Shown: piece after piece, positions 24,986 to 39,226 of the stretch
Position numbering within the stretch: the first letter of the stretch is position 1
Layout of the letters: each line of letters begins with the position of its first letter
DNA from: Octopus vulgaris
Taxonomy: Eukaryota
Direction of reading: 5' to 3'
NCBI GenBank assembly: GCA_951406725.2
Contig: OX597820.1
Coordinates: forward strand, 128,154,001 to 128,218,000
Length of the DNA: 64,000 nt
Translations under genes and position numbers: made by a program
The notes under the pieces: model-generated
What the model saw: the letters and a program-made list of their open reading frames with translations, nothing else
Database searches by the model: none
Told to the model about the DNA's origin: nothing

Positions 24986-26522
24986 TATGTATACCAAAAC
25001 AGGTTCTTTCTTTAACATTTTTTCTTACATTCTGCCACATAAAATCTTCCCAAGTTAATTACCTCCAATAGATGTGCTCTAAATGTCAAGTCGGTATATA
25101 TAAAATAATGAACACGACAAAAAAAGAAATGAAAGCAGAATCCCAGTGAATAATAGATTGATTTTAGAATCACCCTTAAACTCAAATGAAAGCAGCGCTT
25201 TTTATAGAAATGCTTTGGAAATTTAAAGTAATTGCTATTCAATTTAGATTGAACTAGCTGATACCTTCCCCCTCTTCAAAAATAGTACACCAAAATTAAA
25301 ACAATTATGACCAGTAGGCTAATAAATCGAAACTTCGAAGTTACCGACAAGATTTTCCTTGTAATAATAAATATCAACTCCACTGAAAAGTATGGAGTAA
25401 TTTAAAGTGAAATTGTCTTAATGTATGACTTTCCATAAAAGCAAAAAATAATGTGGTAATATGTGTGCGAGCGTGTGTGTGTGTCTGTCTGTCTGTCCAG
25501 CATACAAACGTGCGCACGCGTATACACCCACACAGTGTTTTGTGGTTTGGAACTACGTAAAATACTTAGTTGAATAACCACTCTTTCACTATATATACTA
25601 CTTCCCTTACGTCATAAGATGACACCTATTTACATCTCGGTAGACAATGGATACGCAACTTATTACTGAAGAAGAAACAACGGTTTATCTTATTTTCTAA
25701 CTCACAGACCCGACTAAGTGTGAAATTGATTCTCACTTAGGTCTAATGTTATATAACTATATAGATATAGTTATATAACAGTAGGGAGATTCGGAGAACA
25801 AAATCGGGTTTACAAGACGAGAGATCATGGAACTATAGCTACATAATTACTGCTGATGTCTAGTTAGCTAATAAAATTGTGGAGATATATTTTTTAATAT
25901 AAGTATTCATGCGGTGAGGTGCAATGTTTATGACCTTTGCAGGCCCAATATACTGGTGTGATTGTTACGGCTGACATCGAGCCCAAAAGAACGCGATCGA
26001 AGAGTGACTAAGTGTTGTTAGCAGTGAAATCCGCTACAAGCACTCGAAAACGATATGAAACTACGGCTGCTGCTGCTGTTGCTGGTTGCTATGATGCAAC
26101 AAAATTAAAATATACACCACCTCTGCGCATGTACATATGTGTATGTATGTGTGTCTGTGTAATTCCATATTCGGCTATACATCTTGTAGTAAGCCGTTTA
26201 AAGTCCGTTCACAGTATTCCGCTCCCTGATGTCATCAACCGTATGGAAGTATATGCCACTGGGATTATTGGATTTACTCGTGTCGACGAGCAGCGCACGA
26301 CAACTTCCAAAATGTATTCTAATACAAATAAGCGAAACAGAAATTATAAAGCGCGGTACCATTTTACAAGTCATCTGATGAGACATATCTGCACCTTCGA
26401 TACACAACAACCGTTTGTATAGCACCTCAACCACGAAGCCGCAGTGCACGATGGGTCGAAACCATCGTAGTGAATAATAAAGAATCTCGTGAATTCCAGT
26501 GTCTTTCATATATATATATATA

Positions 26523-26970
26523 TATATACAGGCCATAGTTAAGTTCCAGGTTCGATGATTTTGCGAATTAGGGGTTCAACGTTGGTCATATGTCAGCGTG
26601 TGTATATAAGAATTTTTTGCGTAATGAGATAAAAAAAAACAAGGTTGTGTAGCTATTAGAACATTTATCGATAGGTCTTACAGCAGTTTCCAGGATATTT
26701 ATTAGTTATATCCCTTCATCGGAGACGGCGTGAGAGGATGGTTAAGTAATAGTTAATTTAGATAGGATATAAAATAGAGAGTGAAGTGGAGGAATGAAAA
26801 TAGATGTAAGATATGTAGGGATATTGAAGTTGTAGATCCAATTTTTAGTCAGAATGGTAAATATGTAAGATTCCAATATCTTATGAGTGAGATCCAACAG
26901 TATTTAAACTTGGTCATTCCAAGTACAGAATTTATACACCAACCTGGAACTTAACTATGGTCTGTCTATA
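26523..26970 (-). mobile_element. Short PLE-type element with ~30-bp inverted ends and an internal hammerhead-like motif
   Basis: Inverted repeat 26523-26552 / 26941-26970; minus-strand fold at 26675-26726. Confidence 0.65.
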
Positions 26971-27910
26971 GCACTTATTCAGCATTACCTGACACCTTTG
27001 GGTCTCAATGACACCATTACCTCTGATATATATACACACACCCACGCTTATGTGTGTGTTTGCATACAAGTCAGGTTGTTACCTAATGTTAAAAGTGCAG
27101 TAGACGTCTTTATTGCATGTAGGGAAATACACATATTTTGACAATGACTTTTGAATTATACTTTAGTTTAATTATAAATATTATACACGCATATATTTGA
27201 TTGTTGGTTATTTACTTGTTCACTTTCCGAAGCCTGTTATTGCTGTTATTGTTATAGTCACTGCCATTGTGATTGTGACAATCAAGCAGTTTATATATTT
27301 TTTAAAAAGTTAATATTTAAATAGAAAACAAAAGAAAACAGTAACTGGTGCAGCCATCGCCTCCTAGACCAGAACCCATAAAGAAGATTCTCCTCCTCAA
27401 GCTATTTTGAAAAACATTGTCTTAAAAGATGAGCTATAGATATGGATCAAAACTGCGGAACTCAGTTTGCTGTTCTATGCCAGTCATAGGCAAACTACAG
27501 CTTGCGAGACTTTCTGAAATCATGCCTAAAGAAAAAAAGATCATCTTGAATCTTTTTTAATAATGCGACCCGCCATATCTGTTCTATGTATTCATTTTAG
27601 AGTTACACGAAATATCCGTCATTCGTATAGTATGCAATTCTACCAATTACGAGACAATAAAAACTGTAAAACGAATGTAGTTGTTCTGCTCTCTACTTTC
27701 TCAGCCTACTTTGAAGTTACAGATTTACCTCCATAATCATACCTATTTGTCGTTCTAATAGATTGATTATTTTGTCGATTCTTCAGAGAATTGTTTCATC
27801 AGATTTCCTACAGTTAACTACAGATTGTGTCAGAACATACAAAATATAATTATCTCGGTTTGTTCCAGCCAAAGTGATTATTTCTACGTGTGTGTATGTC
27901 TCTTTTTCTT

Positions 27911-27943
<33 letters not shown>

Positions 27944-28269
27944 ATCTCTCTCTCTCTCATTCCCATGTTTCTCTGTGTATATATATTTACATTTTTGTGC
28001 ATATATATGTTCATAACTATATTATGACATATACATACATATATATGATATAATATATGTATAAAAATGTATGTGCAAATATATGTATATATATATATAG
28101 ATATATATATGCAGAGAAACATAGGAAAGAGACAGATATGGAGATATATATGTGTGTGTGTGTGTGTATGGTATACATATATATACATATTCTATATAAA
28201 ATATATGAAATATTTAGATGTATTTATTTGCGTTCATACGTCTGCACACACACATATATATATATGTAA

Positions 28270-28300
<31 letters not shown>

Positions 28301-28322
28301 CATATTTATATATGTGTGTGTA

Positions 28323-28368
<46 letters not shown>

Positions 28369-29332
28369 TATATATGTGTGTGTCTTTGCATGTGTACATG
28401 CACACACACGCACATACATACAAGCATAATACATTATATATAAGTGCGTGTCTGTGTCGTATGTATTTGTGCAGGCATACATTATATGCATATCTAATAT
28501 TCGCGTGACAAACAGCAGTGTGAGTCGATCATAGAATCTTATCAAACGAATGGAAAATAGTATCATTTAAAGAAAAACATGGTTATAATATTTATCTATG
28601 GGAAGGTTTATTGGAAAGAGTTTCCAACAAGAGAGAGACGTGTAGAAAAAAGGACAAGAGGAAGAGAAAAGAGAAAAAGTAAGGAAAATACTGAAGCGTT
28701 TCCTTAGATGTGGAGTTTCCCGTCAGTGAAATTTATATTCAAAAGTATTATGCGAAAGAAGGATGGAAATAATTTAAATATTGTAAAGCAAAGGGAAAAA
28801 AATTAAGAAATTATGGAGAAAACAAAGTAAAGGAAGAATTAGAGAGGAATAGTTAAGAAAGAGGCATAATTGATAGCTTAAGAGGGGGCAAACAAAATAT
28901 ATGAAGGTTTAAATACATTTGAGAAACTCTTATAAGTGTACTATGGAAGAAAAGGTTATTAACTAATTAAAATATAACATTAGTAATAAAATAGTAAAAA
29001 TATTGACAGTAAAAGCGATATATTGTCTGAGAATCGTATGGCATTTATAAAGAATTCATGTGGTATACTGAAAAATATTCCTGTTAAAACTATTAGCGCT
29101 GTTGAGAAAATAAATTGACGTATTCTTAGAGGTTAGAAAAGCCAACCGTAAAATAATATTTAAGTCAGATCATATAAATTAACCAAAGGTATTTAAATAG
29201 ATCTAGACAATGCTGAGAGAAATTGAGGAAGTATGTATTATTTAAAAAAGGTGACTAGATACCATAGTTGGTGAGGTAGAGGAAAGATAAATAAGAGAAA
29301 AGGAAAAGAAACTTTAAATACATATAGAGAAC

Positions 29333-29336
<4 letters not shown>

Positions 29337-29419
<83 letters not shown>

Positions 29420-29423
29420 GGAC

Positions 29424-29507
<84 letters not shown>

Positions 29508-29511
29508 GGAC

Positions 29512-29598
<87 letters not shown>
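29337..29598. repeat. (GATA)n microsatellite
   Basis: Direct reading; a second tract lies at ~21203-21296. Confidence 0.95.
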
Positions 29599-29599
<1 letters not shown>

Positions 29600-29654
29600 C
29601 TCTAGTAAGTTTTAGAGAGTAGGGAGGGAAGAGAACAAGAAAATACATAGTCAG

Positions 29655-29950
29655 TTGTTATTTGTTCCTTCTCGAGCCATGCCTGGCTTATAAGGGCCAG
29701 TTTCCCGGTTTCATTAACGTATAGGTTCCCCACCTGGACGGAACGCCGGTCCGTCGCAGGTGAGATGCTAGATGCAGGAGGAAAAGCAAGAGAAAGATGT
29801 GGCGAAAGAGTCAGCAGAAGTTCGCCGTTACCTTCTGCCGGAGCCGCGTGGAGCTAAGGTGTTTCGCTCAAAAACACAATTCACCCGATCAGAGATTCGA
29901 ACCCGCGATCCCAAGTCCGCTGCTCTAACCTCTAGGCTTTGTGCCTCCAC
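29655..29950 (-). mobile_element. SINE family C
   Basis: Colinear with 40640-40944; reverse B-box gagattcgaaccc. Confidence 0.85.
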
Positions 29951-30004
29951 ACATAGTAATAGAATTAAATTATTAGAATATCGAGTATGGGCTAAAATAA
30001 TAAT

Positions 30005-30738
30005 TCTTATTTCTTTATTGCCCACAAGGGGCTAAACATAGAGGGACAGACAAAGGAAAAACAAGGATAGACAAACGTATTAAGTCGATTACATCGACCC
30101 CAGTGCGTAACTGGTACTTAATTTATCGACCCCGAAAGGATGAAAGGCATAGTCGACCTCGGCGGAATTTGAACTCAGAACGTAGCGGCAGACGAAATAC
30201 CGCTAAGCAATTCGTCCGGCGTGCTAACGTTTCTGCCAGCTCGCTGCCTTGAAATAATAATTCTTGCTAATTTTGGCACAATGCAAGCAATTTTTGTGAG
30301 CGAGATTGGGGAGCAAGTCGATTACATCGATTCCCTGTTCTCAAATGGAACTTTATTTTATCGATCTTAAAAGCATGGAAAGCAAAGAAGACTTCGGCAG
30401 TATTTGAACTCAGAACGTAAAGCTGGAAGGAATGCTGCCAAGCATTTTGTCAGGGGTGGTAACGACCCTGACAGTTTGTCGCCTTATGAGTGAGGATAAT
30501 AATGATTTCTTTGTTTATAAGCTGGCATTAAAATTTCAAATTTTGGCACAAGGCCAGCAGTTTTGGGAGAATTGGGTAAGTCGATCACATCGACCCCAGT
30601 GTTCTTATTTTATCGATCTCGAAAGGGATGAAAGGCGGAGTTGGCCTGGGCGGAATTTTAACTCAGAACATAAAAACGAACGAAATGCCGTTAAACATTT
30701 TGCTCGGCGTGCTAATAATCCTGCCAACTCGCAGCCTT
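30005..30738 (-). mobile_element. Three tandem SINE family B copies of differing divergence
   Basis: Repeated aagtcgattacatcga...aactcagaac...ctgccagctcgc motifs. Confidence 0.85.
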
Positions 30739-31082
30739 AAGAGTTTGGACAATAATCCTTTCTACTCGGGAGTTGAAATAGGGTCTAAACAAAAAATCAG
30801 AAACGAATAAGTGTATTGGTTTTCAGTAAGAGAACAGGATAAATATAAGTAATAGAACTAAACGGAGCGGGTACGTGAAGGGTAAAAAATAATTTTATAC
30901 TTGTAAAATGGCTAATAAATTGGGTTTAATATGAATGGGTTTGATAAAAATGAATACTCCAGTAGGCGAAATAACGTAAAATAGAGAAGTTATAACAAGC
31001 AGACCAGGGCTCCAACTAAACTCGAAGGGAGATAATCAAAGAACGTAACTGTAATATTTCATGTAAAGTAGCTATGACAAAT

Positions 31083-31280
31083 GAAAAATCCTTCAAGAAA
31101 CCATACAAATTCCCGGATCACTGCCATAATTTCATCATCTGTTTTTAGTGTCATTACCAACATTTTCTGCAAGTTTCATCAAATACCGTTCACAACTTTT
31201 TGAGTTATTTTGCACACAGACGGACAGACGGACAAACCAACGCCGATGAAAACATAACCTCCTTCCTTGGCGGAGGTAAT
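31083..31280. mobile_element. Probable Helentron-associated non-autonomous element (HINE/DINE-1-like)
   Basis: aagtttcatcaaatacc motif, (gaca/gacg)n microsatellite and terminal hairpin acctcc...ggaggt. Left boundary uncertain. Confidence 0.5.
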
Positions 31281-32265
31281 AAATCATACAATAAACATAA
31301 TCAATAAGTGGGTACAAACTTTATAGAGACATTTTGTAAAATAAATGAGTATAGAAGAATGAACAGTTTAATACGACTATAAGAAACGTTAGTGGATTAA
31401 GTGTGTTTATGAGAGTTAAATCTGTTTCTGATTTGGTAAAATTTAGAATTTATTGGTAAGAATAAGTTTTTGTGTACCTACGTTTAAATTCTATATTTGC
31501 TTATTGATGATATTTAGGATGACGAAACTATGGATATATGCAATAAGTATTCATTCGTGGTATATTTAATGTCTTAAAATGTTTATTTCAAAGAGACTTT
31601 TAGTAGTTTTACAAGTGGTGACAACGTTTCAAATCTTATGATTCTCCTCAAGGTTACAAAATAAGCGAAATTATAAAACGGCCTCTCATAATCTTTGGTA
31701 AAAGTAAAATAAACAATAAACAAATACAATAAATTACTTTATAAAAGTTATTAAATAATTTCAAAAACAGCCTGTTCTAGAATACTGGCTCTCGGGTTGA
31801 ATGGTGCAAGACCCTTTCATCATATGACCATAAGGTAGGAGGTAACTCCTAGCCATTGTTGACTCGAGCTCTAGGACTCTTAGGGCGGGCTACCCGGTTT
31901 TCTTGGCATATAAGTAACGGAAATCACATCATTTTCCCCTGAATGGGACACCAGTCTGTCACAAGGTTAAACATTTACAGCTTAATTGACAAGAGCAACC
32001 TTAAATGAAGTGTTTTTTTCACGAAGACAACACACCGCTCGTCATGGAATCGAAACCACGATCTTCAGTGCAACACCCTAAACACTAGGCCACAGACTTT
32101 CACTGTTAACTCGTAAACAGATGGCAAATGTCAAAAGGAATCTATGGAGACGCTTGGTTTTCATAGAGGCTGTAATTTTTTTTTAAGTAAAAATTTTAAA
32201 CCATATGCAATTCTGCATTTTTAGATATATTTTCAAAAAGAAAATCTTTGAAGGAACAGAATATA

Positions 32266-32365
32266 NNNNNNNNNNNNNNNNNNNNNNNNNNNNNNNNNNN
32301 NNNNNNNNNNNNNNNNNNNNNNNNNNNNNNNNNNNNNNNNNNNNNNNNNNNNNNNNNNNNNNNNN
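32266..32365. other. Assembly gap (100 N)
   Basis: Run of N. Confidence 1.
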
Positions 32366-32499
32366 TGTATGCACATGTGCAGATTTGTATTTTTTACTTT
32401 ATGTATGTATTCTCATAGTTGCATACCCAGACATGCTCATATATTTTAAAGGATAAACTCCTGGAAAGTATTACAGACTTTTAAGATTCCAGTGATGGA

Positions 32500-33085
32500 T
32501 TAGATTTGTAGTCTTGCAATTAGCTTTCTCCTTTCTGGTTTTGAGAAGCCTAATTTATCAAGATTGGTATTTCGGCGGTGTGTTACAACTCTCAAGGCCC
32601 CAATGATTATAGCTATAAACCTGAACTTGTAATCTGGGTAGAATAACTGCAGATTTCATAATAGTTCAGCGTTGGTATTCTCTTTTTCACTGATCTTCAG
32701 CTTTATGTTAATAACTGCTGGACAGCTAATTTCCACAACTATACACAGTTTCTCTTCTCTATCCCAAATCATTGTATCAGATCTGTTGTGCATACATTTT
32801 ATTGAGGTCCTCACTGGGACATTCCACCAGTACTCATTTTTATTACGAGTGGCTATGGCTTCTACCATAGTGTGGGTTCTTATTTATTTGTCCTCGGGCT
32901 TATCCTTCCGATGGGTTTCATTACAGTGTGTCTTAGCTACAAAATCGTGTCCCATCGTTAATGCCGTGATGACATTTTCAGACAGCTGCTTATGATGTGG
33001 GTGACATCTTCTGTGTTAACTCCACAAAGTCTGCATCGGTTGTCACGTTTTACTGCTTTCCCTGTTTTGCTATCCTTTTGTGCAT
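32500..33085 (-). pseudogene. R4/Dong-like LINE C-terminus (CCHC plus restriction-like endonuclease), 5'-truncated
   Basis: CRLCGVNTEDVTHIISSC, HDFVAK, HNRSDTMIWDREEKLCIVVEISCP (PD..D/E motif relic), IIIGAL. Confidence 0.8.
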
Positions 33086-34637
33086 TATGTATGTATGTAT
33101 GTATGTATGTATGTATGTATGTATGTATGTATGCATGTATGTATGTATGCATGTATGTATGTATGTATGTATGTATGCATGCATGCATGTATGTATGTAT
33201 GTATGTATGCATGTATGCATGTATGTATGTATGTATGTATGTATGTATGCATGCATGCATGTATGTATGTATGTATGTATGTATGTATGTATGCATGCAT
33301 GCATGTATGTATGTATGTATGTATGTATGTATGTATGCATGCATGCATGCATGTATGTATGTATGCATGTATGTATGCATGTATGCATCTATGTATGTAT
33401 GTATGTATGTATGTATGCATGCATGCATGTATGTATGTATGTATGTATGTATGTATGTATGCATGCATGCATGCATGTATGTATGTATGCATGTATGTAT
33501 GTATGTATGTATGTATGTATGTATGTATGTATGTATGTATGTATGTATGTATGTATGTATGCATGCATGCATGTATGTATGTATGCATGTATGTATGTAT
33601 GTATGCATGTATGTATGTATGTATGTATGTATGCATGCATGCATGTATGTATGTATGTATGTATGTATGTATGCATGCATGTATGTATGTATGTATGTAT
33701 GTATGCATGCATGCATGTATGCATGTATGTATGTATGCATGTATGCATGCATGTATGTATGTATGTATGTATGCATGCATGCATGTATGTATGTATGTAT
33801 GTATGTATGTATGTATGTATGTATGTATGCATGCATGCATGTATGCATGTATGCATGTATGCATGTATGCATCTATGTATGTATGTATGTATGTATGTAT
33901 GTATGCATGCATGCATGTATGTATGTATGCATGTATGTATGTATGTATGTATGTATGTATGCATGCATGCATGTATGCATGTATGCATGTATGCATGTAT
34001 GCATCTATGTATGTATGTATGTATGTATGTATGCATGCATGCATGTATGTATGTATGCATGTATGTATGTATGCATGTATATATGTATGTATGTATGTAT
34101 GCATGCATGCATGTATGTATGTATGCATGTATGCATGTATGCATCTATGTATGTATGTATGTATGTATGTATGCATGCATGCATGTATGCATGTATGTAT
34201 GTATGTATGTATGTATGCATGCATGCATGCATGTATGTATGTATGCATGTATGTATGTATGTATGCATGTATGTATGTATGTATGTATGTATGTATGTAT
34301 GTATGCATGCATGCATGTATGCATGTATGCATGTATGTATGCATGTATGCATCTATGTATGTATGTATGTATGTATGTATGCATGCATGCATGTATGCAT
34401 GTATGTATGTATGTATGTATGCATGCATGCATGCATGTATGTATGTATGTATGTATGTATGCATGCATGCATGTATGTATGTATGTATGTATGTATGCAT
34501 GTATGTATGTATGTATGTATTCATGCATGCATGCATGCATGCATGTATGTATGTATGTATGTATGCATGCATGCATGCATGTATGCATGCATGCATGTAT
34601 GTATGCATGTATGCATGTATGTATGTATGTATGTATG
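33086..34637. repeat. 1.55-kb compound (TATG)/(CATG) tetranucleotide satellite
   Basis: Direct reading; almost perfectly alternating purine-pyrimidine. Confidence 0.97.
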
Positions 34638-34851
34638 CCTCAGTAAAGCTGGACTCAAGAGTCATCTTCGTAGTAGTCATAAAGCGAGACAGATGAGTGA
34701 CAACCTGGCCACTGGTGGTGGTGTAACACACCATACTAATCATATCTGTCGGGCATGTGGAAGCGAGTGTAATTCGGCAGGGGGACTTAAACGACATGCA
34801 AAGGTACATGAAGCCCAGTTACAACTACAGCCGGCTATTACTGGTAATTGA
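34636..34851 (+). pseudogene. C2H2 zinc-finger fragment, probably the 3' end of an RTE-type LINE ORF
   Basis: CLSKAGLKSHLRSSH and HICRACGSECNSAGGLKRHAKVH, followed by a stop. Confidence 0.5.
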
Positions 34852-36486
34852 AATTCAAGTCACTGACAAAATAATATTCTAGTGTGAAAATTCAGATTTT
34901 TGTAAGCATTCCTAGTTTACTTGAGGGAATCCTCTGATCAATAGTGATATGAAACTGAAACAGAGGATAAACGATACTCATTATCAGGCTATATAAACAA
35001 GTAGGCTATATCAACAGTTACATATTCCTTTTAGAAAAGATTGCATTTGCAAGTATAGTGTTGTACCTTCCTGTTTGTTGAGCTAACGGTCTGTGTTTAC
35101 ATTGGTTGGAACCTAAAATTTGTACTTCATGGCTATTCTTTTTTCTGGATTTATGTGAGTAATATATTTAAAACGAGAGTCATATAATAGGTTCCATTTT
35201 ATAGGAGGCCTTGAAACATTTCAACCTATTCGTGTGTTTGAATGATCGTGGTCACATATGTATGCGTCTATGGGTTTCTTTCTACGTACATGTCATGGTG
35301 GAGAGGACGCATGGCCCATTGGTTAGAGTGTTGCATTTACAATCGAGAGATCTCAGTTTGAACACCTGGACCGGGTTATGCGTCATGCTCTCGAGCAAAA
35401 CACATCATCTCACGTTGCTCAGCGTTAACTTTGTCACCTGATGCGTGATACACTGTGATGCACTGATTTTATGGAGGGAATGAGCTAATGAACAGTATAG
35501 ATCTTTGATCACTATAAGGAAGTTATTTATGCAGGTTGTTCATCAAGAAATTGTAGAATCGTCTTTCTCGGACTACAAGAGAAACTATCATCTTGTATGG
35601 TGTGTTTAAGTGGTTGAATGGATTCAAAACTATATAGATTTTTGTCTTTAAAATCTATAGAGTGTCTTTGTAAGAGAATGAGTGTGTCTAGCTATTGCCA
35701 TGTGTGTAGTATATCTTCATACATTTATACTTTAATTGTCATTTAATATGCGATTACGCTCTGTGTTTAGTTGGTGTTTAAGGCCAAAGTTATAATGAAG
35801 TGGGTACGTTTGTATAAGGTGTGTGATTAAATATCGTGAGCACGTTTATGTATGATATTCCACTTGGCGGGGAATTGTGTTTATGATTTGGCTGGTTAGT
35901 TGGATGTTTCTCAATACTACAAGAATATACTTGTACGGCTTTCTGAGTAAGTGATGCCTACACAATCCCTATAAGTGTATACAATCCTCGTTTTTGTTTA
36001 TTCTTCTTTCTGCGTGCATATGCGTATGTGATTGCTTCTATGGCATTTTCTGATTCTATACAAAAAGGTGATATGTACTTATAATTCATACACACTAACA
36101 AACGCCAACTTATTACTTGTTCATATCTTACCGCTTTATTCACTTATTCAAACAATTTATTATAGCTTTTATCACAGTCTGGGATCATTATTACCTAGTT
36201 AAGAAATACTCTAGTATATATGTATGCGTGTCTGTGTGAATACGTGTGTATGTATACACATATTACATATACATATGTATGTATATATACGTGAATATAT
36301 AATATAATATATATGTATATGTGTGTGCTTACACGTGTAAAGGTAATTTTTTTCTCTCCCGCTTCCCACAATATATATATACATACACATATGTATGTAC
36401 ATATGTGTGTGTATGTGAATGCGTGTGTGTGCATACATTATATATATATGCATATATGTGTGTGTGTATGTGTGTGTATATATATA

Positions 36487-36550
<64 letters not shown>

Positions 36551-36770
36551 CTAATGAGGATAAAATTTCTTATCAATGGCCGGCATATCAAAAAATACCT
36601 TAAACGGTTAAATTTATAAACAATTCATAAATGAGGGCAAAGGAAAAAATTTCTAATGCCAAATATGCCGTAAAATTGGACATATTGTCCATTAACCATA
36701 TAATTTTTTCACAATACGCACGCTACTCGAAAAAAGGTCGACAGACATTTCTAAAAGTTCCATTATTACC

Positions 36771-36825
36771 ATATCGGACCGATTTCAGAGTTAGCTACTA
36801 AGAGCCCTCTCTTCGTCAGTGATAC
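36771..36825 (-). ncRNA. Hammerhead-like motif with canonical core
   Basis: Minus strand gtatca-CTGACGA-agag...ctct-GAAA-tcggTC-cgatat; one mismatch at the base of stem I. Confidence 0.6.
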
Positions 36826-37609
36826 ATGTGGCAAAAGAAATAAATGAGATACTTACTCATACCTATGGAAGAAGCAAACACTAAGTCATGAGCACAACTA
36901 AGTACCCCAAATACATCCAAAATTGAAATACTCCAGCCCATTCGAGATACGTGCGATTTATTTCATTAGAAGTAGAATGTGCGTAGCGTTACATTAAATA
37001 ATGTTCTCAAAATTTTACAGAGACGCAACAGATGGAAAATTCATATACGAGACATAGCTAAATCCTCATCAGCCATCGTCCAAAGGCTCATAACAATTTC
37101 GTGCCTTTAACAATGATATTGTTCACTTTTGATGACACCAGCGGCGAGAAACCACTGGGAATAGCTAACCAGTGTACAAAGCAATAATGAAAACAATTAC
37201 GATAAAATGTGGATATGCGAACAAAAATAAAATAATTATGCATATACGACGAAAAAAGGTTGTGCGGCCGTAAGTTGTACCTGTGGGGAGTAACGCAAAG
37301 GAAAATGTCTTGTAGGACTGGAAGCGAGAAAGAGATAGATGGAAAGTAAAACAAAAGGTGAAGGAAGCATACCGTGTAAGAAGAGTGGTGGAGCAGAGAG
37401 ATCGAGTCCAAGTTGAAGCGAAAAAGGAAATGGACAAGATATGAATGGTTACAGGTCATGCGGTAGTGAAAGGAGAGAGAAAGAAATAACACAGAGGAAA
37501 GTGTTAGAGAGGGAAAGCGAGAAGGAGGAAGGCAAAAAGAGAGATAAAGAAAAAGAAAAGACACAGAAACAGACGTCTCATAAAATATATTTTACTGAAT
37601 ATTCTACTG

Positions 37610-38000
37610 GATAAGTAAAAAGTAAGAACAGAGACCTGCATAAAGTGCCTGGAGGAGGTAGTACTGACCTGGGTCAAGAGGGTGGCTGCTGGAACACCCT
37701 ATGGCTGGCAACAGGACTCTGCACCATGTCACACAAGCAGGAGAACCCACTCATGGCTGTAAGACAATTTCTGCGATCATATCAGTCCTAACATCCGACC
37801 ACCTAACTCGCCAGACCGCAACTCCGTTGATTATTAAGTGTGGAGAGACCAATAAAATTCTTTGTAACACCAAAGATGAACTGAAGGCAAGGATTATGGC
37901 AGCATTCACCAACTTAAACAAGGAGATCATCCAGAAGAGTTACAAGAGATTCTGAATTCGTCTGGAGGCCGTAGTTGAATCCAACGGGGATTTTATTAAA
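37610..38000 (+). pseudogene. Tc1/mariner-superfamily (maT/DD37D-like) transposase C-terminal remnant
   Basis: WQQDSAPCHTSRRTHSWL, PPNSPD, CNTKDELKARIMAAFTNLNKE, RLEAVVESNGDFI. Confidence 0.75.
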
Positions 38001-38169
38001 TAAATTTACTCTTTAGTATTTCAAGATATTTTTTATGTAATTTTAGTAAATATATATGCTAAGACAAACAAAAATATATTTTGTTTGTCTTAATAATTGA
38101 CGAGATGCCGGAGCATTTCCGCCCCGACATCCGGAACTCGGGCAACCGAATAATTGTCATATATTATAT

Positions 38170-38205
<36 letters not shown>

Positions 38206-38441
38206 TGTGTGTGTGTGCGTACATATATATATATTTAGATAGATAGATAGAGAGAGAGAGAGAAAGAGAGAGAGAGAATGTAGCTGATTGCTCATTGGTA
38301 GATACTGTTCATTGAGGGGCAGAGGCAAATATACACATACATACATATATACACCACGTGTATATATTATGGGCTTCTTTCAGTTTCCATATATCGGGTT
38401 CACTCGCATGGCTTTGGTTGACCCACACTTGCTATATATGC

Positions 38442-38649
<208 letters not shown>

Positions 38650-38654
38650 TTTAT

Positions 38655-39029
38655 ACTTTTTCAGTCATTCGACTACGGCCATGCTGAAGCACCGCCTTTA
38701 GTCGAACAAACCGACCCAAAGACTTATTCTTTGTATGCCTAATACTTATTCTAGCGGTCTCTTTTGCCGAATTGCTAAGTTACGGAGATGTAAGCACATC
38801 AGCATCAGTTGTCAAGCGATGATGGGGAGATAAACACAGACACACACACATAAATACATATACATATGTACACGACGAGCTTCTTTAAGTTTCCGTCTAC
38901 GAAATCCACTCACAAGGCTTTGGTCAGTCCGAGGCTATAGTAGAAGACACTTGCCCAATGTGCCACGCAGTGGAACTGAACTGGAAACCACGTGGTTGGG
39001 AGGTAAGCTTTTTATCACACAGCCACGCC
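38655..39029 (-). mobile_element. SINE family A, followed by a family B fragment (39047-39177)
   Basis: Colinear with 19157-19577. Confidence 0.85.
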
Positions 39030-39226
39030 ATATATACCCTATATATAGGCACAAGGCAAGAAAATTTGGGGGAGAGGCCAGTCGATTAGATCGACCCCAG
39101 TACGCAACTGGTACTTAATTTATCAATTCCGAAAGGATGAAAGGTAAAGTTGACCTCGGCGGAATTTGAACTCAGAATATATCCTATATAATATTCAAGC
39201 AAGTGAATATTATATATGGTATTATA

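Noticed and set aside
32992-34851. 619-aa and overlapping 500+ aa ORFs (MYVC/HTYI repeats)
   Set aside because: Stop-free read-through of the TATG/CATG satellite in nearly all frames; not a gene.
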